From Eledone cirrhosa (lineage: Eukaryota): 64,000 bases of DNA. Shown in pieces: positions 57,927 through 64,000 of the stretch. Position numbers and translations under genes: made by a program. The first letter of the stretch is position 1. The number at the start of each line of letters is the position of its first letter. Where the stretch lies: NCBI GenBank assembly GCA_964016885.1, contig OZ024742.1:206522001-206586000 (forward strand), given 5' to 3'. The notes beneath the pieces are model-generated. The model was not told where the DNA came from. It saw only the letters and a list, made by a program, of their open reading frames with translations, and ran no database searches.

Positions 57927-60579
57927 ATGAATAAACTCACCACTCTGGAATCACTGAAGGACATCCCATTACCGGATAAACGAGAATACACCAGGAATCT
58001 CACTAAGAGTTCTGACTCCCTAATACGCAGGATGAGATGGAGGGCTTACCACTTTGATAGAGGAAAGCCCAATACTAATAACAAAAAAATCATGGAGTGC
58101 CTCTTCAGATCAAGAAGGACCCCCCCTACACACATACAACAGACTATTGGAGGAGTTCGAGAATGAAATGATTGGCATCATTTCCAACATCAAATTTTCC
58201 GACCAACCATACCGGGGTCGAGAGTACCTTAGACGACTGGAAAATGGAATTACCGAGATTAAGGAATCTACAGGAATACTCGTCCATGCCGACAAAACCA
58301 ACAACCTTTACAGCATGGACGTTCAACTTTACTATGAGCTAATCCACAGGGAATTGAGAAAAAGCTACAAAAAAGCGCCAGAGGCTACCCTGGAGGATAT
58401 CAACATCAAGGCTTATGAGATCGTATCTGGTCTTGGCATAGGTGATAGGACGGCCCCATACCAACCAAGGGAGCCGAGGATTACCATTAAGGACCACAAA
58501 CCAAACTTTGAGTCTAACCTGCCGGTCAGACTGATATCCCCCTCCCGGTCAGACATGGGGGTTATCAGCAAAAGCATTTTAGATAGGATCCTGCCCACAC
58601 TTAAGAGTAAAATAAGGTTACAACTCTGGTCCTGCAACAGCCAGGTGCTGGACTGGTTTACATTTTTACCTGACAAGCAGAGGATTAGCTTCATACAACT
58701 AGACATGAACAATTACTACTCCTCTATCTCGCCCATAGTCTTGAACAAGGCACTCATATTTGCGATGAATAGGACAGACCTAACGCGCGACGAGGTCCGA
58801 ATCATACACGCCGCCAGAAAGACCCTGATCCGATTCGGTGAGGACATATGGACCCGGAGTAACTGGCCAAATAATTTTGACATTACAATGGGCTCCAGTG
58901 ACTCCGCACAGCTAACGGACTTGGTTGGGATATACACACTCTACGAGATGAGGAGCGAAATACCCAACCTGGGTGGCGGGCTGTACCGAGACGATGCACT
59001 CTTCACCGTCGTGGACCACAGCACCACAATGGTCGAAAATATGAAGAGGAGAATTAGACACTTCTTTAGCAAGGTCGGACTTAAAGTAGAGATGGAACCC
59101 AATAGAAAAGTAGTGAATTTCCTGGACACCACCCTCAAACTCAACACGAAGCTACACCACCCATATCATAAACCCAATGAGAAGCTGGTGTATATCAACG
59201 CTGGGTCCAATCACCCTAGATGTATAGTTAAGCCCGTAGTTAAGAGTGTCTCTGACAGGATCTCTAACTTGTCTGCCAATAAAGAGATCTTCAATAGTAA
59301 TGCTGATTACTATAAATCAGTGCTAGCTAAGGCATCCCACAGCCATAGAATCAGCTATAATCCTAAGGGACATGATCGAGATGACCCAAGTGTACCCCGG
59401 GCCAATACCTTCAGGGGCATGGGTCGCCCACCTAACACCTCGCTGACCAGTAGTAACACTCCCAAACCCCTATCCGTCACCACCCCCGGTAGAGGGTCCC
59501 GCATACCCCACCGGTCTAATACCTACAGCGCTGAAGACCACTGCGGTACGGGGCATAGGCACCCCTGCACAGGCCCCACCACCCGCCGAACCCTAATTGA
59601 GCAGGGAGGCCGCACCGCGCTGGTCTATAGCCCCACAGTGGGCAAGTATAACGCTCATGATAGTGACCGCTCCGCACACCCGAGTGACACCAACCGAGCT
59701 CAACCAGAGCTGTGCACAACCCCGCGATTGGCCACGGCGGTCACCCAACAACCCCGTAAGAATAAGACCAGGAAGGTCACATTGTATAACCCCCCGTACT
59801 CGGTGCGTCTACGTACCAGCCTGGCTAGAACATTCTTTAGAGTACTGGATAAATGTTTCCATATGGCCCACAAGTACGATAAAATATTCAACAGGCACAC
59901 GGTGAAACTTTCCTACTCAACCACACTCTCCGTAGCCCAGCACATAGCCGGCATAAATAGGCATAGGCTCACTTCCTCTAATACCACCGTAAACCCCGGA
60001 GCCACCCAAGGGAACCAGCACGCGGGACACACCAGACCCCGGACAGGCCCATCTAGCACACTGGAACCCAACGACCCTGTGCAGATTGCGGTGGCTACCC
60101 AGCCAACCGTGAGTGATGGTAACCAGGCGGTACATGTGATGGGGCTTAAGAAGTCATGCAATTGCAGAGACCCATCACTATGCCCCCTTAGTAATGAATG
60201 CATGACGAAAAACGTAGTCTACAGGTGCAAGGTCACAACCACTAACTCGGAGCACCACTACATAGGATCCACGGCGACGAGCTTCAAAGATAGGTGGTAT
60301 AACCATCCCCATTCCTTTCACAGAATAGAAAAGAGGAAATGTACGGCCCTTTCTGAATTGATCTGGAAGCTCAAACTTGAAAAGACCCCGCACTCTCTGG
60401 TCTGGTCCGTAGTTAGAAAGGTTCCCCCAGACAGAGGTGGGTCTGGTATTTGCAACCTCTGTCTTAGTGAGACACTTGAGATACTTCATAACGGAACCAA
60501 GCTATTAAACAGAAGGGCCGACTTATTCGGCGCCTGCAGACACCTAAGGACGGGAACTTTCCTCAAGCTATATGGATAA
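57927..60579 (+). CDS. PLE polyprotein RT + GIY-YIG, one frameshift near 58135
   Basis: ATG 57927 frame (IRRMRWRAYHF) joins the 841-aa ORF: QLDMNNYY, MGSSDSAQLTDLVG, YRDD, NFLD, SNHP, CNCRDPSLCPL, VVYRC..HYIGST, CNLC. Confidence 0.9.
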
Positions 60580-61863
60580 ACCCCGGTTCTGGCCTCCCAC
60601 AACGCCCACCCCACCCTGTAGGTCCCGTACCAATGACCAATGGACTACAACCACCCATAGTTTGTGGTCCCTACGGTGGATTGTCCACCGGATCCTCTTC
60701 TGGTTAGGAGGCAACAAAACCTCGTTTATTGTACCTGAGGAACCCCCCCCCGGGAGTCGCCCACACAGGAAGAACAATCATACCAAGGTACTAACCCTAT
60801 ACACATGAATGAGTGCCACCAACCGTACACAGTGTGTGTATACTGGGATTGCGTGTGTGTACACATTCATGTGAACGCAACGATATACTAATACCCCAGG
60901 TTGCATTTGAAAAATGTTCAACTGTATGCTTAGGAGTATGTTTGTATATGCTCTCTTGTATGAGTGCACATGTGTATATAGACATACACGCGCATCCAGA
61001 GGTATAAAAGTGTGGCTGGGTATGTGTATCTGTACTAGGGCATTCGCCTAAGCTCCAAAGCCCCCAAGCTATTGCTGTGAAGATATATATCACATTCTAC
61101 TTTGTCTAGTCTAAACAATAACTTTTCCAAACACCCACTTAACTTTTCTTTAAAAATAACACCCACCTAGTTTATGTCTGCCTTATACTTGGACTTGGGG
61201 GCCTCTGTCGTATATATATATATATATGCACTTGTGCGTACATATATATATATATACACATCTGTATGGATTTGTGTGTGTAGATGTCTGTGTGTGTCTG
61301 AGGGGGTAGGTGTGGGTGTATGTACAAGTCAACCAACATAGACCTTTTTATTTCTAAACTCTCTAAGTATTTGACTCTTACCATAATTTTCAGTATTATC
61401 ACCACACATAAATTCCTCAATTTGTATGCGTGGATGTGTGTCTGTGGGGGTGTGTGTGAATGTATGTGCAAGTCAACCAACATAAGTCTTTTTATATGTA
61501 AATGTTCTAGTATTCTACTCTAACCATAATTTTCAGTAGTACCACCCTACATAAATTCCTCAATTTAAGATTGATCTGTAGTATCGAATTTCATACTATA
61601 AACCCCAATTGAATATATATCTGATCAGGAATGCTTTTTGTCATATGGAACTATTGTCATCTTGCCTGATGGTTTGAACTTTACAACACCACCTGCCTCT
61701 TTGAGGTCAAATACCAACCCTACTAGCATCTACAAACTGACCAATGAGAATTAAGATTATTCCTGCTGACAACATTAAATTATTCCTAACAAGCTCATAT
61801 GTCCCAAGGCTCTGATACAATCAACACCATAAACACAGAGCTGGCATATCTAAGAACTGACTA

Positions 61864-61919
61864 ACTGCCTGATGAGGTCATAGCCACTCAATGGCTATCA
61901 TCGAAATATATGTAACAGT
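61864..61919 (+). ncRNA. Type I hammerhead in 3' pLTR
   Basis: ACTGC-CTGATGA-ggtcatagcca ctcaa tggctatcatc-GAAA-TATATG-TA-ACAGT, then AATAAA. Confidence 0.82.
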
Positions 61920-61960
61920 AAATAAAGGATTATGAGTTCATGCAATTGACTTATGCTTCG

Positions 61961-62024
<64 letters not shown>

Positions 62025-62035
62025 TATTATATACA

Positions 62036-62086
<51 letters not shown>

Positions 62087-62125
62087 TGAGGAGACTTTTC
62101 AAATATTTTACTATGTTTTAAATTG

Positions 62126-62193
62126 CCTTGTCCGACGAACGAATGAGGACGTTTTTCGAATTCGTGTTATTCAGGAAACCTCTGGTAATGAGG
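62126..62193 (+). ncRNA. Solo hammerhead between TA tracts, 36-nt stem II
   Basis: CCTTGT-CCGACGA-[36 nt]-GAAA-CCTCTGG-TA-ATGAGG. Confidence 0.65.
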
Positions 62194-62221
62194 TAATTAT
62201 ATTGTATTCTTTATTATACAT

Positions 62222-62261
<40 letters not shown>

Positions 62262-62262
62262 G

Positions 62263-62341
<79 letters not shown>

Positions 62342-62360
62342 ATATTTATATATATATATG

Positions 62361-62470
<110 letters not shown>

Positions 62471-62574
62471 TATATACATATATATATATATAAATATATA
62501 CATATATATATATATAAATATATACATATACTGCATAGTGAATCCCAACCGATAAGGTAGGATTTTCATGGGTA

Positions 62575-64000
62575 CTTTTTTACTCCTTTACTCTTTTACC
62601 TGTTCAACCCATCCGGCTGAGACCATGCTGGGGCACCGCCCTTGTTGCTACACATTTTATCTCCAGCCTGTATTGGTTGGCCACTGGTGTAAGAGGGAGT
62701 TTGCTGCTGCTGCCCTTAGGTTTCCCTCGTACCTTGCTCAGGGCTCATCCTGGATCCTGGATAGCAAGGTGTCAAGATGTTTCTTGAAGACATCCACCTC
62801 CACACCATGCACATCTCCCAGATCCCTCGGCAACCTGTTGAAGAGTTGAGGGCCCTAGAATCCCAGACTATTGCAATACCTGCTCCTTATTCTATATGTG
62901 GAAGACGGGACCTTTGGCACAACTCAGTGACGTCCTGTTCGACGGTTGGTCCAGCTCCCAATGCCAAAGTTTGGTGGTAGTCCCTCCAGGATTTTCCACA
63001 TCTACACGTAGATCACTGTGTATCTCTCCTGTCTTCGTTGGAAGGAGTAGAGGTTCAGTTCTTTTAGCCTCACCCAGTAGCTTGTCTCCGTCATCGTGGC
63101 AATCCTCTTGGTGTAGCTTCGCTGGATTGCCTCAAGCTCCATGGTTAGTTTGACACTATGGGGTGACCACAACTGGGAGCTATAGTCCAGGCGGCTTAGG
63201 ACAACTGTCCTCCATAGTGTCAACATGGTGTCTCGGTCTATTGTCCGGAAAGTCCTCAAGATCCAGCCAACGTGTCGTCTGCACATTGTCGCCACTTTCA
63301 TGAGGTGTGAGGAAAAAGATGCATCATCGCTCATGTCTATGCCCAGGTCTCGTATCAATTTTGACACGGTGGTTATCGGTCCCTCCTGGTCCTGCGTAAC
63401 TGTTTTGTACTGTATTTGTGTTTGCAGGTTTGTATTGTAGGGCTTGGAATTTGCCAGCATTAAACTGCATGTTGTTTTTTTCCGCCCATTTGTATATGGC
63501 ATCCAGATCTTGTTGTAAAAGGGCAGTGTCAGCTACTTTAGTGTCATCAGCATAGCTAGTGAGGGATGTTGTTGTCTGTACTACAGAGGGCATGTCTGAG
63601 AGAGCCACCAAAAACAGTAGTGGTCCCAGGACTGTCCCTTGGGGCACCCCACTTGTTATTGATGTTTCCTTTGAGAGGGCCCCGTTTGCTGCGACTGTAT
63701 GGCTTCTGTCTTTTAAGAAGTTATGCAGCCACTCACCTACTTTTCCAGTTATGCCGAGTTCGTGTAGTTTATGATATATCATTCCGTGGTCTACCTTGTC
63801 AAAGGCCTTCGTGAAGTCAAGATATATCACGTCCACATGTGAGCTAGCAAGCAGTTGTTTCAGTACCCAGTCGTAGTGATGTAGCAGCTGTGTAAGGCAG
63901 CTTCTTCCTGGGTGGAAGCCATGCTGCGTGCTAGTCAGGCGGTCATTTTCCTCGAGGAAAGTGATCAGTTTCTTTCTGACGACTCGCTCCATGACCTTAC
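62575..64000 (-). mobile_element. CR1-type LINE, RT and 3' end (continues beyond the window)
   Basis: QHGFHPGRSCLTQLL, YLDFTKAFDKVDH, SGVPQGTVLGPLLF, YADD, RDLGI, LDYSSQLWSP; frameshifts; (GAGTAAA)-like tail near 62575. Confidence 0.92.

Larger units (their letters stand above)
57545..61967 (+). mobile_element. Near-intact Penelope-like element (CxCx5C, Hydra-clade-like) with direct pLTRs
   Basis: Direct repeats 57545-57789 and 61709-61967, (TA)n on both flanks, a single long ORF. Confidence 0.93.

Noticed and set aside
59516-60808. Overlapping alternative-frame ORFs within and after the PLE ORF
   Set aside because: Expected by-products of GC-richer coding sequence; no motifs

Overview
AT-rich, microsatellite-saturated eukaryotic (animal) DNA with no recognisable host protein-coding gene. 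The repeat content (two tRNA-derived SINE families, RTE/CR1 LINEs, very long (TA)n tracts) resembles an Octopus-type cephalopod genome; this host call is an inference. Almost all ORFs in the track are repeat artefacts. The real coding remnants are transposons: three large Penelope-like elements (PLEs; RT plus C-terminal GIY-YIG; one nearly intact at 57545-61967), two further PLE endonuclease fragments, RTE, CR1, CRE, Gypsy and mariner fragments, and three non-autonomous Helitrons. The main hidden signal is RNA. By eye I count about 35 type I hammerhead ribozyme (HHR) motifs of roughly 15 sequence families, mostly beside (TA)n tracts. They include a ~425-bp tandem/inverted retrozyme-like satellite with a conserved octamer, hammerheads with 36-95 nt stem II expansions, a U3-A8 compensated core, and head-to-head ribozyme palindromes. 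All structures were assigned manually; catalytic activity is untested.
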